Assembly (NCBI GenBank): GCA_951406725.2
Contig: OX597814.1
Coordinates: 204,476,001 to 204,540,000, forward strand
Direction: 5' to 3'
DNA from: Octopus vulgaris
Lineage: Eukaryota
Length of the DNA stretch: 64,000 nt
Positions 39,780 through 54,374 of this stretch are shown here, in pieces. A program made the translations under genes and the position numbers. The first letter of the stretch is position 1; each line of letters opens with the position of its first letter. The notes under the pieces are model-generated. The model did no database searches. It was not told the origin of the DNA and worked only from the letters and a program-made list of their open reading frames with translations.

Positions 39780-41420
39780 TTGTTGGAACTCCTGGAATCT
39801 TGCATGCTGTGCCGGCTTTCGGCCCGCAGCCTGCAGCCTGCGGTACAATGCTATCTGTTCTTATCAACTAATACTTTTCTGATTATTCTGGCCGTGCCAA
39901 GGGGGCCAACCTTTTGTAACAGTTCTACTGGGTATGCTATTCTGATTTCCTTTATATTCCTCTAGATTGAACGAAAGAAAAATATAAAAAAGAAAACAAA
40001 AAAAAAAGGGAAGGAAATTCACAGTGACAATGCGCTTCTCAATACATGTGATGTCCCAGTTAAAACAATCTTTTGCACTTCTTGTATGGACGGTAAGCCA
40101 GGGATCATTCTCAAATAGTTTTCAGATCCTTTTTTAATCATTCCACGTGCTCTTACAATCATTGGTATTGTAACCGTTCTCAGATGACGTATTTCTCAAG
40201 TTCAGTGAGCAGATCTTTATATTTTCTGAGCTTAACAAATTCTTTTGCCGAGATATTATGATCACATGTTTTGGTCATTCACAGCAATATCCGGTTTATT
40301 AGCTTTGACGGTTTTGTCTGTATGTTCTGAAAAGTCCCAAAGAATTGTTACATTTTCTCCATCAGTTACTGCTTCGGGGTGGTGCTTATACCATTTGCCA
40401 GAAGTTTTGATTATAAAATGCCGGCATATTAAATGGTGTAGATATTGACCAGGTCTGTCATATCTTGATTTATAATCTTTAGTTGCTGAAACTTTACATC
40501 TCCAGAAATTAAGTGGTCCACTTTTTCTTATCGTTGCAGTATCGGCACTTTGGGTCTACTCCATTTTCCTCACATAGGCTTGATAGTTGCAGTCAGTAAG
40601 CTCTGATCTTGAGCAGCTAAGACGAAGCCTTCGTTCCTTGCCTTTAGCCCTGAGCTCCGCAGCCACTGATGATTCTGGTCTACATCAGTTTGTTTGCTAC
40701 AGGCTACATATTTATCATGCAGAAGTTTTTGTTTCCACCTATACGCTTTTTGTTAATACGCTTACTTTTCTTTGTCAGTGATTTCACCTTTGCAGCAACA
40801 GTTGCTGCACTTTCATCATGCTGTTCTGCCTGGGTATTATGCATAAACTCAATAGCAAGTTTTTGCTCTCTTCCATAACAGTGAAGCTTCGTACGCCTCT
40901 CGTGATCTTCAACGAGTTTTAGCATCCGGCCGTTAGATGTTTCAAGATATTCGGCCAGTTCAGTTGTAGCGGTTTTGTAAGAGATTTTCATCTGGATCCA
41001 ACCTCGACCTCCTTGTGCTCTGGGAAGGTAAAGACGATCCATGTCTGTCTTTGGATGGTGCATCTTATTACAATTTTCCTGTCAATTTCCTCACTTTATT
41101 GATATTCCAGTTCAACACATTCAAGCTATAAATAACAACTGGAACTGATAAGGAATTTATTACTAACACCTTGTCACGTGCATCCAGGTTTCAGAACTGC
41201 TCGAAATCTCCAGCAATATTCCTTCCTGATCTTCTCTTTCATGCTTGCATGCTGAAATTCCAGAGCCTTCATTTATTCCGAGGTATTTGTAAGTTTGTTC
41301 CTGCTCAATTTCTTTTATAACTGTGTCAATATCTAACTTGATCGAATTTGAGGTCTTCAATTTCCCTTCCTGGAAAGTGGCCTTGGCGCATTTATCAGGA
41401 CCAAATTCCATCCCGATACT
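39780..41420 (-). mobile_element. R4/Dong-type retrotransposon fragment (RT C-terminus to RLE)
   Basis: MEFGPDKCAKA..YKYLGI and HHPKTDMDRLYLPRAQGGRG. The DNA at about 40450-40700 resembles 32440-32700. Confidence 0.8.
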
Positions 41421-41515
41421 GTTCTGTATTTAAGAGATGAGAAATTATGTACATTATTTATATTATTTACATTATTTACATTTCACGGATATTTGTCCTC
41501 ATCTTGTTTGTTGTT

Positions 41516-41561
41516 AACAAAACGTTTCGGCTGATATACCCTCCTGCCTTCTTCAGGCGTC
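41516..41561 (-). ncRNA. Minimal hammerhead-like motif
   Basis: GACGC-CUGAAGA-A-GGC..GCC-GAAA-CG-UU-UUGUU. The core is intact and stem I is partly decayed. Confidence 0.5.
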
Positions 41562-41609
41562 TTGGGGAAATTTCGAATCTGGGTTCTCATTCCTAAGGTA
41601 TTTTTGATG

Positions 41610-41834
<225 letters not shown>

Positions 41835-42034
41835 TATAAAGGATTGAGGTAACTCCTCCTGAAGATATAGAGTCAAAATTAAAAGAAGAGTGCCATTGTC
41901 ATCTAGTGAACGATATTTTGACATCTGTGTGTCTTCAACAGGTTCAAAAATTAAATTTGTCAATCTACTTCATTTTGGTTGATATATAAAGGATTGAGGT
42001 AACCCCCGCAGAAGATATAGAGTCAAAATTATTA

Positions 42035-42137
<103 letters not shown>

Positions 42138-42152
42138 AATCCTTTGTCAGAC

Positions 42153-43680
42153 TGTTGTAACGCCCACTCCGGTATAGCAGAATAGTAAGTTATACAAGTA
42201 AGATCATAACTATCTATGACTATCTACTTCCGTACTCTCTGCAGACACTGACCGACGTCACCTTATTTATAGCGACTAGCACATACCACTCGTCATGTGG
42301 AAGAGGTGTACCATTATTACTATTATCCCCATAACATCTCCCCTTTTAAGTTTTTCTTTTTACTTAGGGAGTGTAATTTTATTTCTTTTAATAGCAATAA
42401 TTTTTACATCACTCCATCTCACTTTTTTTAGTTTTTTTCATACAGTTACACATTTTATATCTTTTTTGTTTGGCATCCACTTCCAGAAACACCGTACACT
42501 TTCTTTTTCTTACGCTTGTGCGTCTGGATTCAACCACCCGCAGTGGCGTGGGTATTTGAAAAGTATCATATAATCATTCCATTAGTTCTTCCATTCTCTT
42601 GGGCCCGTTCTCAACGAATCTTTTTCTTAGTTGGTTACGCGTCTCTTGTATACTCCTTTTCTTCCTTTTACCAAGAATAGCATTTTTCCTATGCGTTTGG
42701 TAATAACGCCATCTTTCCAACTTTGTTTTCCGTTCTTATATAACCTCACAAATATCTTTTAATCAATTTTGAAATATTTTGCTGTATTTTCCATTGCAAT
42801 TTTTCTTTTCTTGCCAGGTAGCAATTTATCGAAGACTGATTTTATTTTCCTCGCAAACATCAGCTCCACTGGTGACACACCTGCTGGTGTATTTAGATTT
42901 GGTGTCACATGGCATACTCTTAAGAATTGTTGTAGAACTACCTTATCAGTGACTTCCTTAACGATTTTCTCAGGGTGTGAGCATTCTTCATCTCCTTGGA
43001 TTTGTAGATATGCCTCCGAGGGGTCTAATTTTGAGAAGAATTTCCCTCCATTCAATTATGTGAACACTTCCTCAGCACTTGGCAATGGGTTGTCATGCGA
43101 GATTAAGCAATCATTCAACCCCGTTAAAAAATCTGCACCAACTCTTAACTTATTATTTTTCTTTTTAACGTTGGCTGCAGGTGTTGCCCAGTCTGAGTGG
43201 TCCGTCTTCTCGATTATTCCTAGGCTTTGACGTCTTTCAAGTTCCTTTTTTACCTGTTCTATTGCCGTGAATGGTTCATTCCGTTTTGGCTTAAATACAA
43301 ATGCACTTTGTTTTACTGCAATTTTTGCCTTCGTTTTCGTGCAGCAGCCCAGTTCATTCGAGAAAACATCTGGAAATAAAAGTTTTAATTTTTGTTTCTG
43401 TCCCCCAGCCGCATTCGAGCTTTCGAGCGAACAGACTATATTCCCACACAAAACGCTTATGGGCATGTTCCGCAATTTGAATAGTTCCATCCACTCTGTG
43501 CCGAATAGATTAACTGAACTTTTTAACACATACTTTTGCCGTTTTCATTTGGTCACGAAATGTTACATAACACACAAATTCACCTACAAAATACAGTCTT
43601 TTTCCCCGTAACACCGTCCGCTACTTTTGCAAATTTACTTAATTTTGGCTTACCGATATCCTTCCAAGTTTCTTACAATG
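42153..43680 (-). mobile_element. Internally deleted Ty3/Gypsy LTR retrotransposon with 3' LTR (42153-42336) and polypurine tract (42337-42347)
   Basis: FKPKRNEPF..ELER..GIIEKTDHSDWATP..KKKNNKLRVGADF and FSKLDPSEAYLQI, then the integrase tail TPN..SPVELMFARKIKS. The minus strand shows AAAAGGGGAGA|TGTTATG...TTACAACA. Confidence 0.88.
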
Positions 43681-43751
43681 TTAATATTGACACTTGTCAA
43701 GGTCGGAAACACATAAGATCATTCATGTAGATTGCGTGTTTATACACACAC

Positions 43752-43793
<42 letters not shown>

Positions 43794-43806
43794 GTCTATC
43801 TGTCTA

Positions 43807-43842
<36 letters not shown>

Positions 43843-43898
43843 GCTGTCTGTCTGCCTGTCCCTTTTTCACCTTCTCTGTCTCTGTCTGTCTGTCTGTT

Positions 43899-43962
<64 letters not shown>

Positions 43963-44967
43963 CGTACACACACACACATTCAGACACACACAATGTTTTC
44001 ATATTTTCCGTTTAGTCGCAATGTTATTTCCTCGATCTCAAACTCTCCACTTCAATCAGAAACTTTTAGTTGTCTGACTTGAAAATTTCCTTCTGTTAAT
44101 TACCCCGAAATTGCTGGACTTGTGTCAAAATTTGAAACAACAACAACAACAACAACAACAACAATAATAGTCATTTTGATGGCATGCACTGCTCTCTCAC
44201 TCAATAATAATCATTATTAATATTAATATTATTATTAAGGCGACAATCTGGCAGAATCGGTAGCACGCTGGACGAAATGCTTAGCGGTATTTCGTCTGCC
44301 GCTACGTTCTGAGTTCAAATTCTGCCGAGGTCGACTTTGCCTTTCATTCTTTCAGGTCGATAAAATTAAATACCAGTCAAGTACTGGGGTCAATGTAATC
44401 AACTATCTCCCTCCCCCAAATTTCAGACCTTGTACCCTTAGTAGAAAATATTATTGTTGTTATTGTTCTTGTCGTCGTCATCACCATCAAGAGGCGTTCC
44501 TCTATCAAGAGGGCCACATCTCTATCATCTTCCCCACTACTTTTTTTTTTTACCTTTGTATGCATATGTTCCTTTTCGTTCAGTGTATACTTACCTTTTG
44601 CTTTTATCATTTCCTTATTATATGTAAACTCCCCACACCTTATGTCTGTATCTGTATTGTTCCCCCTCAATCTTCGCACCTGTGGCAAATAAATGAAATC
44701 ATTATTATTATTATTACTGAGCAGAATCGTCCGGGCAAAATACTTAACAGAATTTTGTGTGTTTGTGGGCGAGCGAGTTGTTGTTGTTGTTGCTGCTTCT
44801 GCTGCTGCTGTTGTTGTTGTTGTTGTTCTTCTTCTTCTTCTTCTTCTTCTTCTTCTTCTTCTTCTTCTTCTCATCATCATCATCATTATTATTATTGAGT
44901 GAGAGAGCAGCGCATGCCATCAGAGTGACACTGGAGTACAGATATACAAAGCTCAATATATCCATTA

Positions 44968-45107
44968 TATCATTATATTAGGTCACCATGTCACGCTCAT
45001 ATGGTTGTGATGCATGTGCCTGATGAACCCATATCGCCTGATATGGGTTCATCAGGCACATGCATCACAACCATATGAGCGTGACATGGTGACCTAATAT
45101 AATGATA
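44968..45107. repeat. Perfect hairpin with 68-bp arms and a 4-nt spacer
   Basis: 44968-45035 is the exact reverse complement of 45040-45107. The spacer is GCCT. Confidence 0.95.
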
Positions 45108-45503
45108 AACAGCGCATGGCCTTGCAGGTAGGACCCAGTTAGAGTTGTCTTCTGGTCGAGTAACCCATCCCGCTCAAAAGTCCTCGAATAAAGCTTGTTT
45201 AAGGATTTTGAACGAAACACCCATGTTTCCACAGGGGGAATTATTGAAACCCCAAAGAATCCCTCTCAACACATTGTTATGATGCTTCCCCACTACTCCT
45301 GCCTACAATCAAAAAGGCACATATTGTCAGCCATAAAGGGACATGCTCAACTGGTTATGGTCAAACAACTGACAAGCAATCAATGGTATTGAGCAGAATA
45401 TTTGCTGTAGCACATTTTTATGCTAGAACAAAACAATGCACATAACACTCCCAGCCAATTAAGATCAGAAGCCATGAGAGCCACTACCTGGCACTGCATC
45501 AGG

Positions 45504-46287
<784 letters not shown>

Positions 46288-46289
<2 letters not shown>

Positions 46290-46785
46290 AGTGAGAGAGC
46301 AGTTCATGCCATCAAAGTGACACTGGGGTAAAATATACGAAACCCAATATACCCATCATGACTACCCGTCTGATAAAGGTACACCAGGCACATGCATCAC
46401 AACCATATGTGCGCGACATGGTGATCTCATATCAAGATAAACAGCACATGACCTTGCAGGTGGGGCCCAGTTAAAATTTTCTTCAGGTTGAGTAGCCCAT
46501 CCCGCTCAAAAGGTCTCTGAATAAGGGTTGTTTAAGGATGTTGAAAGAACCACCCATGTTTCCAGAGGTGAACTATTCAAACCCCAAAGAATCCCTCTCA
46601 ACACATGGCTATGATGCTCCCCCACTACTTCTGCTCTTGATCAGAGATGCACACATCGTCAGCCACTAAGGAACATGCTCAACTGGTTACGGTCAAACAA
46701 CTGACAAGCAAATCTGTGGTATTGAGCAGAATATTTGCTGTAGCCCATCTTTTATACCAAGACAAAACAATGTACATGATAACAC
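46288..46785. repeat. Unclassified repeat family of about 530 bp embedded in (ATT)n; copies at 7150-7675 (opposite strand), 44895-45503 and 48533-49083
   Basis: Four colinear copies (tgagtgagagagcagtgcatgccatcaaagtgacactggggt...gccactacctggcactgcatca), each bounded by trinucleotide tracts. Confidence 0.85.
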
Positions 46786-46834
<49 letters not shown>

Positions 46835-46869
46835 ATTATTATTATTATTATTATTACTATTATTATTAT

Positions 46870-48445
46870 TGCCTTTGCACAGCTTCTAACGCTGGAGATG
46901 TATTACAGTGTCAGCTGTTCAATACCAGTGAACTAAGGTAACACCTCTTATTTTCCGAGTACCTTCCGGAGTATTCGAGTGGTTCCAAGCAGTACTGTTT
47001 TCTGCAAGTGCTCTACCCTTATTGCAGCCCCTATTTGTTCCACGTGCTTCTCAGGGTTTTTGCCCACTGTTCCCAGGGCTCCGACAATTATTTGTATTAC
47101 TGCTACCTTTTTCATCGACCACAACTGCTTAACTTCCCAAGCTAACCTGTCATATCTCTTGACTTTTCTTTTTTCCTTATTGCATACCTTATTGTCAGCT
47201 GAGCATGCCATATAGTTTGTTTTCTTTCTCAATTAAGATTATGTCTGGCTTCCTATTCTCTATCTCATGGTCGCACTGAATCATAAAATCCCATAGGATC
47301 TTTGCATTTCCATTTTCGACAATGTCTTCAGGTTTGTGGTCGTACCCATTTTTTGCTCTGTCAAGTCCATACTTGTTGCAAAGTGTCCAATGGACAAGCC
47401 TGGCTATATTGTCGTGGCGTCTCTTATATTCCTTCTGGGCTAGTGGCGTACATTGGCTGGTAATATTCCATACGGTTTCACCGTTTTGTCCACAGATTCT
47501 GCACTTATCACTTTCTGCTGTGTTGTCTATTTTGTATTTTATGTAGTTTGTTCTTAGTGCCTGCTCTTGGGGAGCACAGATTAGTGCCTCCATTTCCGGT
47601 TTTAAATCACTTTTAGTCATCCACAGCCATCTTTTCTCTATCTGTCTTATCTTCAACATCCTTATGAAATTGACCATGCATTCTTTTCTTTACCCACCTA
47701 TTTTCAGTTTCATTCGTTTTCAATTTCTTGTACAGTGCTTTGCAATATTTCATCCTACACAAGCGGTTCTGTGGAATTTTTTACATACCATGCTATGTTG
47801 TTTTCTTCTGCTCTAATGCTGTGTTCGCATCCAATAAGTCCTCTTCCCCTCTTTTACTTGGTACATACAGTCTGTCTGTGTCACTTTTTGGGTGGAGTAT
47901 CCCATATCAAGTTAGCAACTTCCTTGTCTTTCTGCCTAAGCTGTTTAGTTAGTCTACTGTCCATGCGATTAAATCTGCTCCATATCTAAGGAGTGAAACC
48001 GCCCAGGTGTTGATAGCTGCAATCTTATTCCGTCACTTTAATTTCGACTTAAGGATCAATCTTAGTCTGCGCAAGTACTCCACCTTAAATTTTTCTATCA
48101 TTTCTTTCTCCATTAATTTATCCATTTCCAAAATCCCCAAGTACTTATAGCCCGTCTCTTCTATCTGCTTCATAACCTCCCCCGACAGTATCGTTAGCCC
48201 GTCCGTACATTTGATTTTACCTCTCTTCAAGACTAACGCACCTAACTTTCCCAGGCCGAACTCCATTCTGATATCAGCACTGAAGGTATACACCGTATCA
48301 ACAAGGATACTGACTTGGGCTTCATTTTTACCATAAGGTTTGAGGTCATCTATGAATAACAAATGGTTGACTTTTTGTTGGCGGCTTTTGAATACATACC
48401 AAGCTTTTGCTTTCCTCAGAATCACTAACACTGATTCTGAGGAAG
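46870..48445 (-). mobile_element. R4/Dong-type retrotransposon, 5'-truncated (RT to RLE), flanked by (ATT)n
   Basis: VNHLLFIDDLK..IRMEFGLGK..YKYLGILE, CRICGQNGETVWNITSQC..YKRRHD, ENRKPDIILIE, and IIVGALG. Confidence 0.9.
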
Positions 48446-48480
48446 TATTATTATTATTGTTGTTGTTGTTGTTGTTGTTG

Positions 48481-48533
<53 letters not shown>

Positions 48534-49115
48534 GAGTGAGAGTGCAGTGCATGCCATCTAAGTGACACTGGGGTACAAATATACGAAGCCCAGTATACCC
48601 ATCAGGACTACCCATCTGATAAGGGTACACTAGGCACATGCATCACTATCATATGTGCGTGACGTGGTGATCTCATATCAAGATAAACAGCACATGACCT
48701 TGCAGGTGGGGCCCAGTTAGAATTTTCTTCTGGTCGAGTAGCTCATCCCGCTCAAAAGGTCCCTGAATAAGGGTTGTTTAAGAATGTTGAACAATACACC
48801 CATGCTTCCAGAGGTAAATTATCCAAACCCCAAAGAATCTCTCTCAGCACATGGCTATGATGCTCCCCCCACTACTTCTGCTCGTGATCAGAGATGCACA
48901 TATCGTCAGCCACTAAGGGACATGCTCAACTGGTTATGGTCAAGCAACTGACAAGCAAATCCGTGGTATTGAGCAGAATATTTGCTGTAGCCCATCTTTT
49001 ATACCAAGACAAAACAATGTACATGATAACACTTCCAATCAGTAAAGACCAGAAGCCACGGGAGCCACTGCCTGGAACTGCATCATCATCATCGTCGTCG
49101 TCGTCGTCGTCGTCG

Positions 49116-49170
<55 letters not shown>

Positions 49171-50227
49171 TATTATTATTATTATTATTATTGAGCAGAA
49201 TCATTAGCACGCTGGGCTAAATGCTTAGCGGAATTGTGTGTGTGTGTGTGTGTGTGAGTGAGTGTGTGTGCCTTTGTCTCTGCGTCTCCCACCACCACCA
49301 CCACCACCACACCGCTTGACAGCAGGTGTTAGTTTACTTCATCCCGTGACACTAGCGGTTCGGCAAAAACGACAGATAGAATAATTTTACCTGATTAAAA
49401 AAATAAATAAATACTGGGGTCGCTTCATTCGGCTAAAATTCCTTAAGTCAATGCCCCAGCATGGCCGCATTCGAATGAACGAAGTAGCTAAACGATAAAA
49501 GAATAACAGGATTTAGAGTATCCGATATAGTATTATTCATGTATTTATTTTACGAAGATTTAAAGCTAAAAATAACTGTTGAGTTTAGAAGAATTTGTCT
49601 CTGCCTAGAAAAGAAAGAAAGAAAGAAAGTAAGAAAGAAAGATAAAGGAACAAAAGGCCTCTAACGGTGCCAGCCTGAGATATCTCGAGAGGTTAGAATT
49701 GGGTAGGTAGAATAGGCAAGTGGTAGGAAACAGGAAGTAACATGTCAAGAGACATTTTATTGAGTCATACATTAGAGAAGGTAATATGTCTGCAGGAGTT
49801 AAAAGCTTTGCCTTTCATCCTTTCGGGGTCGATAAATTAAGTACCAGTTACGCACTGGGGGTCGATGTCCTTGTTTGTCCCCTCTATGTTTAGCCCCTTG
49901 TGGGTAGTAAAGAAATAAGGAGTTAAAAGCAACACAACAGGTGCAACAGATTTTACTCATTATTTAAAAAGTACTGAGGAGTCTGTAAAATTAAAAGAAA
50001 TAAGGCTACTTTTTGTTTTGCGTGAATTCTTCATTAATAGATGGGGGATGTCGATGGGGGATTCATCATTCTGGCAAATTCAGTATCGATAAAAATTCCT
50101 ATTAGTGCAGAATAAAACTTCCTTCTGTGACAGCTGGAAAATAGAGGGTTTCTTTCGCGGAAAGATAACAACTTTAAAGAATTTTTAAGGCGCTTTTTTT
50201 TATATCGTTCATCGATATACGTCAGCG

Positions 50228-50262
<35 letters not shown>

Positions 50263-50349
50263 CAGACACACGCACATACACACACATGGTGACTGTCACT
50301 TCTTTTACAGAAGTCCATCTCTACAATTAGTAAATGCCGTCATGATGTC

Positions 50350-51720
50350 TCCCGTGACTAGGAAGTCTGGCTTTCAACAAACAGACCCTAACTGCAAATA
50401 TTACAAACATTTTGTTGGCAGAAAAGTGTCTTGGATTGAACTCAGATCCCGTTTTACAAAGTGATTGTTTCAAGATGGATTGTTTGATTCCCTGTGTTTT
50501 AAATGCTTTACAACCAAGGTCGATCGCTTTTTCCCAAACCGATCAATTTTCTATCATCTGCTCAGAGTGTTCAATATTCACACTAAGAGCATTAAGGTTG
50601 CTTTTGAAAACAATGTATAGAAATGAAGATAAAATATTCTCTAATAAAAACTCTATTTTTTAAAATATAAAACAACTAAAAAAATTTATAGTAAAATAAA
50701 CGCCAGTCTTAATATAGATCAAAATCGAAGAATACTTACTTCTTCTGAAAACTGGTATAAACATCAAGATTATGATAATAATTATAAATAAAAAAATATT
50801 TTGTGGTTAATTATTCCATTTGGTAAGCAAGTAAATTATCATTTTGAAAAATTGTTCAATATAGCAATAAAAAATATTTCCCTATGAATAATAGATATTA
50901 TAGAATTTTTAATAAACATAAGATCCGTATGGCCTATTCTAACAATAAAAACATTGCACAAATGATAGCAACACATAACGTAAAAATAATATCGAAATTT
51001 CAAAAAAGCTATTCTAATCAGAGTAGTGTAGTAAATATTCACAAAAATAATGGTAAACGGAAAAAAAAAAAAAACTCATAAAAGAAAGCGCAAAGAATTT
51101 AAAAGTTACCGAAAGAGAAACAACCCATTTTGACATAGTTAATAACATACAACCGAATAAAAATTTCAGCTGGAAATAGAACAAAGATAACGTTATATGA
51201 AAGAGAAAATAGTAACAAAGAATTTGGTAGAAATGAATTTGATTTTACCATAACTGATAAAATTGATACTAAATCTGAGAGAAATAGAAGAAAAATTATC
51301 TTTGCAATTGTTATAAACGGGACTCCTGTTATGTGAAAAATAAATGCAAGACAAAAAAATGTAATATATAGTTGTAAAGTTACATCTGAGGGAAATGAAT
51401 ACTTTTACATCGGTGCGACTGCGCTAATTTTCAAGAGACTGGCTAATCACTTAAGTTCATTTAGAAATAAAAATAAAAGATTCCAAACAAGTCTAAGTTA
51501 ATTAATCTGGTCTATTAAAGGCGGAAACAAATATTATACTGTCAATTGGGAATTAATTAATACTGCAAAAGTACACAGACCTAGAACTAATAAATGTGAT
51601 TTAAGTTTAGACAAATTTTACCAAATTTTTACATCTAAGGGTAATATAATGAATTCTAGACATGAACAAGCTTTAAGATGCTTGCACATGAGAAAATTTA
51701 CTTTTGCTCAGTATAAATGA
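50350..51720 (+). mobile_element. Degenerate Penelope-like element, Naiad-type C-terminus (RT thumb, CxCx5Cx5C, GIY-YIG endonuclease)
   Basis: RIFNKHKIRMAYSNNKNIAQMIATHNVKII at 50884-51000. Manual translation from about 51303 gives CNCYKRDSCYVKNKCKTKNVIYSCKV..YFYIGAT..FKRLANHLSSF..TSLS*LIWSIK, ending MNSRHEQALRCLH. Confidence 0.8.
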
Positions 51721-52880
51721 GTATGTATACATATTGGAATGTCTTTGATGATAGGTTTGCTTGCCATTCCTTGTGTAACTTTTGCGGAGGTAAAATACAA
51801 ATCTTATTCACTTAATCTTTTCCCATCATGCCTGTATTAATTTAATGATACTTCTGTGGCTTCGGAGCTTTTTGACTCCTATCTTTAGCGAAGCAGGTGC
51901 TTAATAGTACCCAGTTATATATTAATATATTTAATATTTTATATATATTTATTAATTTTGCCTATACGGTTCTTACGCTTGCGGCCACTAAAGTTATTAT
52001 TTTTTTTATAAATAAAAATGTTTATATATATATATTGAATAGAGGTTATGTGCATCCGGCCATTTGAGGCTGGCGGGTTGCCTTTACAGCTAAGCACTTT
52101 ATAGGTGCAAAATCAATGGTCACTGTCTGGCCGGACATAACTAACAACCTTCTAAATATGTATATATATATATGTCAGTAATTTCGGGAATCATTCAACT
52201 GGTACTTATTTTAAGCACCCAGAAAGGATGGACTGAAAAGTCAGCCTCGGCGGAATTTGAACTTATATATATATATATAGGAATAAATAAGTTCAAAAAA
52301 GAACAATTCAAACTTTTTGAGAGGTCCAAAAAGAGAGAAAGAATGATTTTTAATAAAGATTCATCATATTCATACAAACAGTGAGAGAAAAGTAATAGGA
52401 ATATGAAAGCAGTTGTTGAAAAATATCGTTAAAAGTATAAATATACCATAAACAACTATAGAAAAATGGAGGGGAAAAAGATGTTGAAACAAAATGTCTG
52501 TCTTTTTTTCTCTTTCGTCTCTCTCACTATTATTATTATTGCTATTTTTTTCCCTTTTACAACTTGCTTGTAAATATCCGAGTTTTCCCTATTACTCCAT
52601 TTGTATTCTCCCTTATTATATCTTATTTTACTTTACTTTATTTCATTAAACCTTTTTTGATGCCCTTTCAAAAGTTCTTCACACTGATGAGAATGACAAT
52701 GCCTAAATTTAATTATAATTACTATGATTATATTTTTTTCTCACATATTTGTGTTGTCCTTTGAAACGCGCGAGTGTATTGAATGCTATTTTGTATTAAA
52801 TCTAATTTTGCTTCAACATCTTTTCTCCTCCATTTTCTATAGTTGTTTATGGTATACTTATACCTATAACGATATTTTTC

Positions 52881-52929
<49 letters not shown>

Positions 52930-52931
52930 TA

Positions 52932-52983
<52 letters not shown>

Positions 52984-53169
52984 TATGTACTATATATCTA
53001 TATATATACTGTATTTATATACTATATAAATAATAATACTATATATATATAGTATATATACACTATATATATATATATACACGATATATATAGTATATAT
53101 ATATATGTATATATATATACTATGTATATATATTTATTATATATACTATATATATACATTATATATATA

Positions 53170-53510
53170 CTGCGCATGGCTCAGTGGTTAGAGCGTCGAG
53201 CTTACGATCGTGAGGTTGTGAGCTCGAATCCCGGACCGGGCTGCGTGTTGTGTTCTTGAGCAAGACACTTTATTTCACGTTGCTCCAGTTCACTCAGCTG
53301 TAGAAATGAGTTGCGACGTCACAGGTGCCAAGCTGTATCGACCTTTGCCTTTCCCTTGGATAACACTGGTGGCGTGGAGAGGGGAGGCCGGTATGCATGG
53401 GCGACTACTGGTCTTCCATAAAACAACCTTGCCCAGACTTGTGCCTCAGAGGGTAACTCTCTAGGTGCAAACCCATGGTCACTCATGACCGAAGGGGGTC
53501 TTTACCCCTT
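53170..53510 (+). mobile_element. tRNA-derived SINE family C; second copy at about 31660-31965(-)
   Basis: TGGCTCAGTGGTTAGAGCG...GAGCTCGAATCCC boxes, followed by gtgttcttgagcaagacacttta. The two copies are colinear. Confidence 0.85.
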
Positions 53511-53727
53511 TATATATATATATATATACTATATATATAGTATATGTATATATATACTATAAATATACTATATATATAAATATGCCTATATATATGTACT
53601 AAATATATATTATATATATACTATATATATATACATTATATATATATATACTATATATATATATAATATATACTATATATATATAAATATATTATATATA
53701 TATATATGCTTACATTATATATATATA

Positions 53728-54364
53728 CTAGCAGTATCGCCCGGCGTTGCTCGGGTTTGTAAGGGAAATAACTATATAAGCATTTTTAGAGAGTTATAGC
53801 CAAAAAAATAGCAAAAAATGCATTAAAAATGGAAAAAATATGATGGTAATTTTTTTTTTAAATCGTTGACTCATCGTAGACATTTTTAGAGAGTTACTTC
53901 CCTTATATAATAGCGAAAAAATGCATTAAAATGGAAAAAAACGATGGTAAATTTTTTTTTAAATCGTAGACTCATGTGGACGCTTTCTTAGCCATTTCTG
54001 TTTTGGTGTCTTCAAGCCATGAAGTCGTTGTTCTAAAAGAACGCTGGTCTCCTTGACAACGCATTACGACGTTGATTTCCTTACACTCCCTTCCCCACAG
54101 GTGCAGGTGTGAGCGTGGACGCCAACTCCACCGCCATCGACACACGAAAAATTATGCATTAAAATGGAATAAAAAATGATGTTAAATTATTTTTAAAATC
54201 GTAGACTCATCGTAGACGCGCGCTAATACTCAGACGGGCTCGATATGAATCACGACTATAAGCTACCCGAATTTGGTTAAACTGCACCGCAAAATGTGGG
54301 AGTAGTTAGGAATCTAAATCGAAGGGGACAGACACTCACACAACTACAGTTTTATATATATAGA
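53728..54364 (-). mobile_element. Non-autonomous Helitron with internal tandem repeats of about 115 bp
   Basis: The minus strand reads A|TCTATATATATAAAAC...ACAAACCCGAGCAACGCCGGGCGATACTGCTAG|T. Inserted in a TA tract. Confidence 0.78.
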
Positions 54365-54374
54365 TATACATAGC

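Noticed and set aside
51716-51910. SECIS or hammerhead downstream of the Naiad-type ORF (UUGAUGAUAGG..CCUAU..CGAAGC)
   Set aside because: Too degenerate to fold convincingly by eye. It needs a family consensus.
53170-53250. tRNA-like sequences here and at 31890-31965, 38378-38450 and 59110-59180
   Set aside because: They have box A/B but no complete cloverleaf, and each continues into a SINE body.
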